A stretch of 64,000 nucleotides of DNA from Eledone cirrhosa (lineage: Eukaryota), in contig OZ024742.1 of assembly GCA_964016885.1 (NCBI GenBank), forward strand, positions 223,386,001-223,450,000, in the 5' to 3' direction. The notes beneath the pieces were generated by a model. The model was not told the origin of the DNA. It saw only the letters and a program-made list of their open reading frames with translations, and made no database searches. Of the stretch, positions 38,901-50,871 are shown piece after piece. Each line of letters begins with the position of its first letter. Positions within the stretch are counted from its first letter, which is position 1. A program made the position numbers and the translations under genes.

Positions 38901-39358
38901 TTAAGTTCGTCTGGCAGCCCCGATTGGGGTGCGTAAGCTGATATTATTGTGGTAATTGTTTTATTCAGGACTAGTCTGAGTTTAATGATTCTTGCATTTA
39001 CCCTGTACACTGAGATTACTTTATCTACCCACTTGTCAGCTAGTAGTATACCTACACCACCCATCCCATCATTTCCCACCCAGAAAAATTTGTAGCACCG
39101 ACTTTTTCCTACGAGGACTCTGGCAGACTCTCCTCTCCATCTAGTCTCTTGCAAACATCATACATCAATTTCCTTTCGCTCTAGCATTTCTACGATTTCT
39201 CCTGCTCTTCCTTTCATTGAGCCTACATTGATGGTACCAACTCGCAGTTTTGGGCATTTGTCGACACTCGTAGGGAAGGGTCTCTGGGTTGGCGCTTCAC
39301 GTAGAAATTGAACGAAGACTGCATTACACTGTCTTATGTAATCAGTAACGTAATCCAT
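35936..39358 (-). mobile_element. RTE-clade LINE, family B, near full length (APE endonuclease plus RT), disabled
   Basis: ORFs 39158-39358 (GTINVGS), 36590-39154 (QETRW, SAYAPQ, GDFNGHVG, QLDFIL, SQH, YADD) and 36234-36572. Frameshift near 39155 and a 25-nt deletion near 36602 relative to the 43.8-kb copy. (GAT)n tail. Confidence 0.97.
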
Positions 39359-39592
39359 GATACATTAAAAAAAGACGATATTATATATAATCTGCATTAG
39401 GAGAAAATTAGTGACGGGAATATATGAATGTTTATTTAAGTGATCGCTAACCGGAAGTGTTGATATTTGAAAATTTTAAAGAAGTGAATCTTAAGATAAA
39501 CAACAAAATTATTTATATTTAATCAAGAATAACGAAATTTAGTAGATAAATTATGTAATATTCATTCATTATTTATTCAAAGTAATGTAAAA

Positions 39593-39778
39593 GGGCGGTG
39601 GATTGGCAGTATCGGTAGAGGGTCGGACGCCATGCTTTCCAGCATAGTTACGTCCCTTTACCATCTGAGTTCAAATCCCGCCGAGGTTGACTTTGCCTTT
39701 CATCCTTACGGGGTCGATAAAATAAAGTACCAGTAATGAACTGGTAATTGCTGGCCTTGTGCCTAAAGTAGAAACAAT
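39593..39778 (+). mobile_element. Full-length tRNA-derived SINE with Meta-like domain and TSD
   Basis: A-box tggcagtatcgg, B-box gagttcaaatccc, central gcctttcatccttacggggtcgataaaataaagtaccag. Flanking direct repeat attatttattcaaagtaat (39568-39586 and 39777-39795). Confidence 0.9.
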
Positions 39779-40060
39779 TATTTATTCAAAGTAATCCAAC
39801 TTATTTTACAAACGGGATAAAAAATTATAAACCGTACGCAGTCTTGCATTCCTTACTTTATTATAGTTTTTATATATATATATATCCCCCCCCCCCACTA
39901 ACTCCCTCTCGGAGCCCCCCCCCCCCTCCTGATGAAAGACTTGTCCCCGAAATGTCGTAAACAACACCCTCCCCCACTTTCACCAAGTGTGAAGCTAATA
40001 ACACCATGTAACATTTACTCCAGCGTTTGTTTATTTGTTTATTTCGAACTATGTATGTAT

Positions 40061-41829
40061 ATCATCATCATCATCGTTCAACGTTTATCTTCCACGCTAG
40101 CATGCGTTTAGATGGGAATTGTCACATGTGAGGCAAGATCGGTTGTCTTGCTTGTATAGGACTGTCTGGCGGGTTTTCTATGGCTGGATGCCCTTCCTAA
40201 CACCAACCACGTTTACAGTGTGGACTGGGTTTTTTTTACCGTGTTACCTACACGGCCACATTACAGCGTGGACTGTGTGTTTTTTTGTCGTGACACCTAC
40301 ATGACCTCATTTATTTAGGACTGGATGTTGTGGTACCGACATAACTTTACAGAGAAAGGGGTGGTTTAGATGGGGGTGGGGGTAGTGGGATGGGGTGTAT
40401 TTTTGGTTAGGAGGTGCCTACTGACTGTAGGTTTCGCTTTGTACTTAAGCAAGGCGAGTCTTCTGTATTACTGTGTAGCGCCAAAGATCTTGGTCCAGTG
40501 ACATTGTCTTGGAGAGGTGTAAGTGTGTAAGGTCGGAATTGTTCAAATCGTCCCAGGTTTTTCTGGGTCTGCCTACTCCGTGGCTACCGTCTATTTTTAT
40601 TGCCCTGCACTTTTTATACAGCTGTCGTCTTTCATGCGCATCACGTGACCATACCAACGTAGTCTTCTCTCGAGTAAACAGCATCTGATCCCTCTTATTC
40701 CTAATTTCTCACTTAGTTCATTTATGCTTTGCCATTCACATATATTACTATTTCACATCCAACGGAGCATGGAAGCTTCGTTCCTCTCCAGTCTGCGCAG
40801 ATCCTCTGCACACAATGCCCATGTCTCACTGCCATGTAACATTCCTGTTCGTATGCAGGCATCATACAGTCTGCTTTTCATTTTTAGGGAAAAATCTTTA
40901 ACGGCCAATAGTGGTATAAGCTCTCTGAACTTTTCCATCCTGTTCTGACTCTAGCTACTGTACTTTCAGAGCACCCTCCACCACTGCTGATTTTGTCACC
41001 CAGGTAACGGAAGGTGTCCACTATTTCTATAGAACCATCTGGGCAATGGAAGGAGCTAGTATCCTGTGGGCACTTGCTACTACTTATTGCACCTGAGCAC
41101 CGGCCACATATAAAATCTATGTTCTTAGTTAGTTTACCTGTGATCCCACTACATCTTTTATGCACCCATACTTTGCATTTGGGACATAACATGGAGTTTC
41201 TGCCTACTCCTTTCCTACACACTGAGTATGACCATTTCCCAGAGGGGACCAGTGCCCAATTTTCCTTCCTACATACTAGAACTTTAGTCTTAGACAAGTT
41301 AATTTTAAGGCCTTTTGATTCTAGGCCATGCTTCCAAGTTTGGAATTTCTTCTCTAGTTCAGCCATTGATTCAGCTATGAGCATTAGATCATCTGCGTAT
41401 AGAAGTTCCCATGGGAAGCCGGTCTTGAACTTCTCTGTTATAGCCTGAAGGGCAATAATAAATAGGAGGGGGATAAGGACAGAGCCCTGATGAAAACCGA
41501 CTTTTACGCTAAATTCTTCACTATATTTGTTGTTAATTCTAACCTTGCTGACTGTTTATACATGGCTTGTATAGCTCTCACAAGCCATTCATCTACACCT
41601 AGTTTTCTAAGAGCCCACCAGATAATGGAGTGGGACTCTGTCAAAGGCTTTCTCCAAGTCAACAAAAGCTAAGTATAGGGGTTTACTTTTATCTAGGTAC
41701 TTCTGTAGTTGTTGTACAAGGAAAAGAGCGTCTGTGGTACTTTTACCTGACACAAACCCAAACTGCATTTCATCTAGATCAATTTGCTCTCTGATTAGTT
41801 CCGCTATAACTTTTTCTGTGACCTTCATG
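40061..41829 (-). mobile_element. RTE LINE, family A-related older subfamily, 5'-truncated
   Basis: ORF fragments 41607-41828, 40884-41384, 40753-40938 and 40445-40684 match the family A RT and C-terminus with frameshifts. (GAT)n tail. Confidence 0.95.
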
Positions 41830-42139
41830 ACTCGAATCTTTATCCCTGCCGAAGAGACGTTTGGGAAATGTAATTGTATTTACGCCATTTTCTTGTCTCT
41901 CTCTATGTTTTTACATGGTCCATTTACTTAGAATCCAAGCTTTCAATTTTATTTGTTAATTCTGTCAGACCCCCCAAAAACAATCTTCTTGTATTTAAAC
42001 TCTGATTACTGTTACACGTTCGTTTAATAACCTTCTTGTATTTAAACATTGATTACTGTTATACATCCATTTATAGGTTTAGATTTAAAAAAATAACCTT
42101 CTATAAGCCTACAGGCCTCCATCTCTCTCTCTCTTAGCA

Positions 42140-42181
<42 letters not shown>

Positions 42182-42445
42182 CAATGTACTACTGCAGTAA
42201 ATATCTTTCAACTTTAATCCTGTTAAATTCGATGGATTCTTTTACAAACTATGAATATTGCTTTGATACTACTGTATAAGTTCCAATTCATTACTGGAAA
42301 GTTACTACTCTTCCAAATAACATTTAAGTATTTTAATACAACTGACACCCTGTTATTTGACCTGCTATTTAATTAGATAAGTTGATATATGTTATCTGTT
42401 GTTCTTAAATGATTTGTATTGATATTTAATTAATCGTTTTGGATT

Positions 42446-42560
42446 TTAATTAAACTCTGATGATTCCTATAGTTTATACTAACTAATAGCAAATTGTTAA
42501 ATAACATAACTTGCTGCCAGTGGTTCATTTCTATGGGAAGAAACAATCGACAGTGATTAA
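42446..42560 (+). ncRNA. Degenerate hammerhead ribozyme motif
   Basis: act-CTGATGA-ttcctatag...ctatgggaa-GAAA-caatcg-AC-agt. 9-bp stem II, but the cleavage triplet is GAC, so probably inactive. Lies in a ~520-bp segment bounded by (TA)n tracts. Confidence 0.5.
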
Positions 42561-43136
42561 ATGTCTTGAACTTTTGATTTTGGTTTATAAGCAGATTGTA
42601 ATTATATACTGGCTCTGCTTGATACTATCATAGCATTGAGTTAAAAAAACCACCTAGCAAATGAGTACAATTTACTCTCATAAATATTACTATTAATTAT
42701 ATATATATATATGCTCTTTTACTCTTTTACCCATTCCAACATCATCGCCTTTTAAAGTCTATTTTCCATACTTGCATGGGTTAGGCAAGTGCATTTTATC
42801 GGAACTGTACAAAAGTGAGATGCAAATACCTGACCTGTTTTGGAGGTCAGTAGCCCTGCTTGAGTACTGACTCAGTCTGTAGTATCCCTCCAACTTTTGT
42901 TAGCACGTAAAATAACAAATTAACCCTTACTCTATATTTACTATTGTATTTTCATAGTAAAGGCTTTATTTCACATAGTATCGAATCTATGAGATTTAAA
43001 TATTATCTATTTTGAGAATAAAACCTTAATGTCGGTCTGAGTGGCCGGTTACAGCTGGTTTGAACAGAAAGAGGCGAGAGAATTCTGGCTAGATACGGCT
43101 GGTTTAAATGATGCTCTCTCTCTCTCTCTCTCTGTA

Positions 43137-44383
43137 TCATCATCATCATCATCATCACCGTTTTACGTCCGTTCTTCCACGCTAGCATGGGTTAGACGGG
43201 TTGTCCTGTTGTGGGCAGTGTCTGGTCGGCTGACCATGCCTTGCTCATACAGGAACTGATCTGGCTTGATTTCTACAGCTGGATGCCCTTCCTAACACCA
43301 ACCTCATTTACAGTGAGTGCTGGGTGCTTTTTCGTGGCGCCTACACGTCCACTTTACAGTGTGGGCTGGGTGCTTTTTTGCCGTGGCACCTCCACGACCA
43401 CCTTGCGGTGGGGGGGGGGGGGGGCATATTGTTTATATGCTTCAGCATGTACCCATGGGAGGTCGGGTACCCTGTATTACTGCGTGACGCCAGAAGTCAC
43501 GGTCGTGTGTCATTGACTTTGAGAGGTGTAGTTGGGTAAGGTCGGCTTTTATCACCTCATCCCAAGTCATCTTGGGTCTCCCCACTCCGCGGTTTCCATC
43601 AACTTCTAGTGCTCTGCACCTTTTTATGCAGCTGTCATCCTTCATACGCATCACATGTCCATACCAGCGTAACCGCCTCTCCTGCACGCAGCATTTGATT
43701 CCTCTTATGCTCAGTCTCTCTCTCAATTCATTTATGCTTTGTCGTTCACGTATATTACTGTTACACATCCATCGGAGCATGCAGGCTTCGTTTCTCTCTA
43801 ATCTACGTAAGTCTTCCACCTTCAGCGCCCAGGTCTCACTACCATGCAACATCGCTGTTCGGATACACGCATCATACAGTCTGCCTTTCATTCTGAGGGA
43901 GAAGCCTTTTGCAGCTAGCAGTGGTAGTAGTTCCCTAAACTTCTTCCATCCCGTTCTTACCCTAGTTATTGTACTTTCTGAGCACCCACCTCCGTTGCTA
44001 ATTCGGTCACCTAGGTAGCAGAAGCTGTCTACTGTTTCTACAGGGCCCTCCCAGAGATTGGTGGTACTTGTTTCCTGTGGCTGTTTGCTTGCTGTTTCAG
44101 CACAGCTGCTGCATGTGAATCCTACATTCTTAATTAAGCTTCCTGAGATCCCGCTACATCTCTTGTGTACCCATTGTTTGCATTTGGGGCAAAGAATGGA
44201 GTTCCTACCTACACCTTTCCTACATACTGAGCAAGGCCATTTCCCTGAGGGGATCTGGGTTCTGTTTTCTCGTCTACTTATAAGGACCTTAGTCTTTGTC
44301 ATGTTGACTTTGAGGCCCTTTCTCTCTAGTCCCTGCTTCCAGGTTTGGAATTTATTCTCTAGTTCTACCATAGATTCAGCTAT
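43137..44383 (-). mobile_element. RTE family B, 5'-truncated copy
   Basis: Open 309-aa ORF 43442-44371, nearly identical to the 35.9-39.4 kb element. (GAT)n tail. Confidence 0.96.
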
Positions 44384-45257
44384 GTATATATATATATATA
44401 TATATAATCATCATCATCATCAATGTTTTATATCTGCTTTCCACGCTGTCACGGATCGAATAGATTTGCATGGTATAAGATGTGTGGGAGTGCTCACAGT
44501 GTGATGAATGGGAAGATCACAAACGCGGGCAGTACTCAATACTTAGTGAGATGCAGAGCAGGTACAGTTAAAGAGAGTAGTTCTTGTGAAGAAACTTGTG
44601 GAACTCAAGTTGAAATGAATGATCTTTTTGCTGGGACTGCACCTTTGATATACATATACATATATAAGTATTGAAGTTTCCGTTAAAAATTGAAAACGTC
44701 ATAGGAGTGAAGAGTGCTCTATGTAAGTTACAGAGCTAAATTTAATGTATAATAAACAATACAATATAATTACCTCATTACCAGAGGTTTCCCAAATAAG
44801 ATGAATACAAGAAACGTCCTCATTCGTTCGTCAGACAAGGCAATTTAAAACAGTGAAATATTTGAAAAATCTCAAGAAAGGCAAAAGTTTAACGGGCAAA
44901 AAAAAAATATATATATATATATACACACACACATATACATATACACACACAAAACTAAGATTTGACATAGATTTTTTTTCCAAGTATCATTGTGTTTAGG
45001 GGATTTTAAAATAGGTTGGGGTTATTTAAATGTTTCTCAAAAACCGCAAAACTCAGTTAAACAATTCTAATAATACTACTAAATCAGTGAAATATATAGA
45101 TATGGGTAGGAAGCTGTATTCAAAGAAGTGTAAACAACTTTATTCAATCTCAAAAGAGGTATATATAACTGAACTAGGCAACAATTCATATGTGAAGCAA
45201 ATGGCGTCAATTTTCTTTATGACTCATACGGAATGCCAGTCATCTCAGTTGTAGGTG

Positions 45258-45308
<51 letters not shown>

Positions 45309-45349
45309 GGAAAACAAAGAATCAGTGATTCATCGGAACACAATTTATT

Positions 45350-45442
45350 ACGTATTACAATTGTTTCTCCGGCGAACAGCTTGAGGTGTGATCTGTTTGT
45401 GGATCGAACCTGGCTCTGGATTCACAAGTTCCTCAGATACGT
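45350..45442 (-). ncRNA. Type-I hammerhead ribozyme motif
   Basis: Minus strand reads acgtat-CTGAGGA-...-GAAA-caattg-TA-atacgt. Perfect 6-bp stem I, palindromic CAAUUG, GUA site; stem II is long and weakly paired at its base. Next to a (TA)n tract. Confidence 0.62.
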
Positions 45443-45988
45443 CTAGTGATTACAAAGCAAATCCTCTTTCTGTTGGACTCCGACCCTTCGAATTTCTATC
45501 ATCTGCCATCATCCTGTTTGTGCAGCCTGTCGATTGGTCAAGAATTCGACCATGTATGTTTGACCATTCAAATCTGTCCGCTGACCATTTCCATTCAGGC
45601 GTGAGCTGTCACTCACCTAAATTCTGTTGCCAGAATTACTGCTAGGTGGGCGAGGGGTTATAAACTGCCTTGCCATTCCCTAGCTGGCCCGTCGCCCAAC
45701 ACATATACACACATACGCACGTGTGCTCACACATATACAGACATTCCAAGCTCCTGATCGCACACTTATCTGTGCGGACACACACATAGTGCTCACGCGT
45801 TTGCATACACACGTATACATGCATATATTCACCTCTCATATATAGGTACAAGCATACACAGACACACGTACACATATGCGGACCAACATATATATATCCA
45901 TACACACACCCACACATATATATATATATATATGAATGCGAGCACTCCTCATTGTTTCGACCGCGGACGGCTAACATAACCCCATCGG

Positions 45989-48900
45989 TTATAAGGTTTT
46001 CTGGGCGGGAAACGACGATGGGCTGGGTGGAGTAGAAATCATGGTAGCAGAAAAGTGGGCAGATAAGATAATAGACGTAAATAGAGTGAACGACAGAATA
46101 ATTAAAATAAGACTTGTCCTCAATAGAACTACGGTGACACTAATATCTGCGTACGCACCCCAATCCGGACTGCCCGGCACTATAAAAGACAGATTCTATG
46201 AGACACTGATGCTCACTACCTCCCAAATAACCGACAGTGACTATATAATTATCGCAGGCGACCTAAATGGTCACGTTGGACAACATTGTGACGGCTACGA
46301 CGAAATCCATGGAGGCTATGGGTTTGGTACTAAAAATGAGGAAGGCTCCAGAATCCTGGAATTCTGTGACGCAAATAACCTAACTATCTGTAACACTAAC
46401 TTCAAAAAACGTGACAATCACCTGATCACCTATAGATCCGGGGAACACACAAGCCAGGTAGATTATATCCTTACCAGAAGACGTGACAGAGTGTCTGTTG
46501 TAAACACTAAATCCCTCCCCCATGAAGAATGCACCTCCCAACATAGACTGATAATTAGCGACCTCATAGTCAGGACGAGACGTACTCAACAGCAGAAGAG
46601 GACTATCCTCAGGAGAAAAATATGGAAGCTAAAGGACCCCACAGCCAGAAATAAATTTCAAAGCATATTACTTGATGCTTTCGACAGTAAGGCAGAGCAT
46701 TTAGAGTCGGACAATATAGAGGGACAGTGGGAATTTCTGAAAGCAAACCTGCTGATGGCGACAGACGAAGTCTGTGGCTGGAGCAGGCCTGTAGGCAGGA
46801 GGAGAGTAACATGGTGGTGGAACAGTAGGGTGGAGGGGTCAATTAAGGCCAAAAAGCAGGCTTGGAAAGTATGGCGGGATGAGGGAAGTAGAGAAGACTA
46901 TCAAGTGGCCAGGAGGGAGGCTAGGAGACAAGTGTACTTCGCAAGAAGGGAAGCAGAGGAAAGAAAGTTCAAGCATGTTCTACAACGCGAGGACCAAAAA
47001 CATGAGGTGTTCAGGATTGCTAGGCAATGTGTCAAGGAAAACCGTGATATTGTCGGGGAGAAGTGTGTACTTAATGATGACGGCGTACTTGCCATCACCG
47101 ACGCTGATAAGAAGGTAGCTTGGAAGTGCCACTATGAAAGGCTACTAAATGAGGAGAATAAATGGGAGAAAGACAGTCTCCCCCATATCGACCCGATAGA
47201 GGGACCAGCAGTGTTAGTCGAGGGTAGTATAATAAGTAAGGCAATCAAGGATATGAAGACAGGTAAGGCGGCTGGGCCTTCGGAAATAGTTGCTGAGATG
47301 GAAGGCATCTGGCTCGGTGGGACACACCTTGGTCACCCGGATAGTTAACCAAGTCGTACAGAATGGGGTTGTTCCGAAGGACTGGCATAGCAGCATCATC
47401 GTTAACTGTTATAAGGGTAAAAGAGATGCCCTAGATAGGAGTAACTATAGAGGCATTAAACTAATCGACCAGGTCATGAAGGTCACGGAAAAAGTAATAG
47501 CGCAACTAATCAGAGAGAGAATTGACCTAGATGAAATGCAGTTCGGGTTTGTGTCAGGCAAAAGTACCACAGACGCTCTTTTCATTGTACGTCAACTACA
47601 GGAGAAGTACCTAGCTAAAGGTAAACCCCTCTACTTAGCTTTTGTCGACTTGGAGAAAGCCTTCGACAGAGTCCCCCGTTCCATTATCTGGTGGGCCCTT
47701 AGAAAACTAGGTGTCGACGAATGGCTTGTGAGAGCTATACAAGCCATGTATAAAGAAACAGTCAGCAAGGTTAGAATTAACAACGAATATAGTGAAGAGT
47801 TTAGTGTAAAAGTTGGCGTCCATCAGGGCTCTGTTCTCAGCCCCCTACTATTTGTTATTGCCCTTCAGGCTATAACAGAGGAGTTCAAGACCGGCAGCCC
47901 ATGGGAACTCCTATACGCAGACGACCTGACACTCATAGCTGAATCAATGGCCGAGCTAGAGAAGAAATTCCAAACATGGAAGCACGGGCTAGAATCAAAA
48001 GGCCTTAAAATTAACCTGGCTAAGACTAAAGTTCTAGTTTGTAGGAAAGAAAATAAGGCGGCGGTCCCTTCCGGGAAATGGCCATGCTCAGTGTGTAGGA
48101 AAGGCGTAGGTAGAAACTCCATTTTATGTCCCAAATGCAAAGTATGGGTGCATAAAAGATGTAGTGGGATCACAGGTAAGCTAACTAAGAACTTAGATTT
48201 TACATGTGGGCAGTGCTCTGGTGCAATAAGTAGCGGCGAGTGCTCACAAAATACTAACTCTTTCAATTGCGCAGAGGGCTCTATAGAAATAGTGGACAGC
48301 TTCCGTTACCTGGGTGACAAAATCAGCAGTGGGGGAGGGTGCTCCGAAAGTACAGTAGCTAGAGTCAGAACTGGATGGAAAAAGTTCAGAGAGCTTATAC
48401 CACTATTAGCCGCTAAAGGGTTCTCCCTAAAAATGAAAGGCAGGTTGTATGATGCCTGCATACGAACAGAAATGTTGCATGGCAGTGAGACCTGGGCATT
48501 GTGCGCAGAGGATATACGCAGACTAGAGAGGAACGGAGCTTGCATTCTCCGCTGGATGTGTAATAGTAATATACGTGAACGGCAAAGCATAAACGAACTA
48601 AGGAAAAAATTAGAAATAAGAGGGATCCGATGTTGTTTACTCGAGAGAAGGCTACGTTGGTACGGACACGTGATGCGCATGAAAGTCGATAGCTGTATAA
48701 CAAAGTGCAGGGCAATAAAGATAGACGGTAGCCACGGAATAGGCAGACCTAGAAAATCCTGGGACGAGCTGATAAACTCCGACCTCACACACTTACACCT
48801 CTCCAAGACAATGTCACTGGACCGAGACCTTTGGCGGTACTCAGTAATAGAGAAGACCCGCCTTACCTAAATACATAGTAAAACCTACTACAGCCAGTAG

Positions 48901-49260
48901 GCATCTCTAACAAAATACACCCCGTCCCACCACCCACACCCCAATCCACACCACCCCCTCCTATGTAAAGTTATGTTGGTGCCACAATATCCAGGCCGAA
49001 ACAAATGAGATCGTGTAGGTGTCACGACAAAAAACACACAGTCCACGCTGTAATGTGGCCGTGTAGGCAACACGGTAAAAACCTCCCAGTCCCACACTGT
49101 AAATGTGGTTGGTGTTAGGAAGGGCATCCAACTGTAGAAAACCTGCCAGACAGTCCTATGCGAGCAAGACAATCACTCTTGCCTCAAGTGGGAATACCCC
49201 CGTCCAAACCCATGCAAGCGTGGAACACGGACGTTAAACGTTGATGATGATGATGATGAT
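45989..49260 (+). mobile_element. RTE-clade LINE, family A, near full length (APE plus RT), one visible frameshift
   Basis: Begins at YKVFWAGN. ORFs 46041-47348 and 47290-48870 are separated by a 2-nt deletion near 47300 (gagatg--gaagg versus gagatgctgaagg in the 1.2-kb copy). (GAT)n tail. Confidence 0.97.
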
Positions 49261-49342
49261 ATACATATATATGCACACCCATATATACACACACATACCC
49301 GCGCATACATATGCAGTCAGTCAGTCCTACTCATACACATAT

Positions 49343-50192
49343 ATCATCATCATCATCAACGTTTAACGTCCGTGTTCCACGCTTGCATGGGTTTGGACGG
49401 GGGTAGTCCCACTTGAGGCAAGAGTGATTGTCTTGCTCGCATAGGACTGTCTGGCAGGTTTTCTACAGTTGGATGCCCTTCCTAACACCAACCACATTTA
49501 CAGTGTGGGTCTGGGAGGTTTTTACCGTGTTGCCTACACGGCCACATTACAGCGTGGACTGTGTGTTTTTTTTGTCGTGACACCTACACGATCTCATTTG
49601 TTTCGGCCTTGATGGCGCGGCACCAACATAACTTTACATAGAACGGGGTGGTGTGGATGCGGTGGGGGTGGGGGTGGTGGGACGGGGTGTATTTTGTTAG
49701 AGATGCCTACTGGCTGGAGTAGGTTTTACTATATATTTAGGTAAGGCGGGTCTTCTCTGTTACTGAGTACCGCCAAAGGTCTCGGTGGTAAGGCGGGTCT
49801 TCTCTGTTACTGAGTACCGCCAAAGGTCTCAGTCCAGTGACATTGTCTTGGTGAGGTGAAAGTGTGTGAGGTCGGAGTTTATCAGCTCGTCCCAGGTTTT
49901 TCTAGGTCTGCCTATTCCGTGGCTACCGTCTATCTTTATTGCCCTGCACTTTGTTATACAGCTATCGACTTTCATGCGCATCACGTGTCCGTACCAACGT
50001 AGCCTTCTCTCGAGTAAACAACATCTGATCCCTCTTATCTCTAATTTTTTTTCCTTAGTTCGTTTATGCTTTGCCGTTCACGTATATTACTGTTACACAT
50101 CCAGCGGAGCATGCAAGCTTCGTTCCTCTCTAGTCTGCGTATATCCTCTGCACACAATGCCCAGGTCTCACTGCCATGCAACATTGCTGTTC
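49343..50192 (-). mobile_element. RTE family A, 5'-truncated copy, tail-to-tail with the preceding element
   Basis: Reverse complement of about 48465-49260, with a 47-bp tandem duplication at 49739-49833. Confidence 0.96.
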
Positions 50193-50359
50193 ACATGCAC
50201 ACATATGAAAAGAAACTGTACAAAACTACTTGGAAAGTGTATAGAAACATGCATATGATGCTGTACATCAGGGAGTACACAAAGAAATTTTATGTAAAAA
50301 AATACAAAAAAAATTGCATATAGGGAATATGTCAAAAAATGCACGCAACATAATATATC

Positions 50360-50839
50360 AAATCAAAATTACATTATTAAATCTTATTCTTATTTTGTTT
50401 CTTGTAAATAATTTTCTTCAAAATATCAATTCAAAACTTTTGTGAATAGGCATCATATCTTGTCATTTACCTATGGTTTAAATTTCATATAAATCGAAGA
50501 GAAAAATTTTCAGCAGGGGTTTGTGCCTCCGAGGAACCCTAATAGGGGGTTTAACCCCCATTAGGGTGTCTTAATATTATTGAAATTTGCTGAAATTTTG
50601 TGAATAGGCATCATATCTTGTCATTTACCTGTGGTTTAAATTATATAAATCAAAGGGAAAAAATTTCAGTGGGGGCTTTCAGTGGGGGTTTGTGCCCCCG
50701 GGAACCCTTTGATTAAAATGAAATATACTTATCCAAGTACCCTGGGCAATGTAGTTTCAGAATATATATGGTTATGGGGGTCTATCTCCAAAACCATAAG
50801 AGTAGTTTGTGAACAAACAAACAAACAGGCAGGAATACA

Positions 50840-50871
<32 letters not shown>

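Noticed and set aside
39450-39459. ETS-type ccggaagtg motif as a promoter
   Set aside because: A single short motif with no supporting exon or TSS evidence; could be chance.
39929-39960. CTGATGA...GAAATGTC hammerhead-like motif as a standalone feature
   Set aside because: Stem I does not pair and stem II is poor; kept only as a weak member of the cluster.
41830-41900. ccgaagagac...gtctc possible ribozyme remnant
   Set aside because: No GAAA follows the putative stem II.
45935-45988. CpG-rich 54-nt piece at the 5' junction of the RTE with a hammerhead-like minus strand (ccgatgg...gaaacaatg)
   Set aside because: Core is mutated and there is no UH cleavage site; it could equally be a 5' inversion or unrelated sequence.
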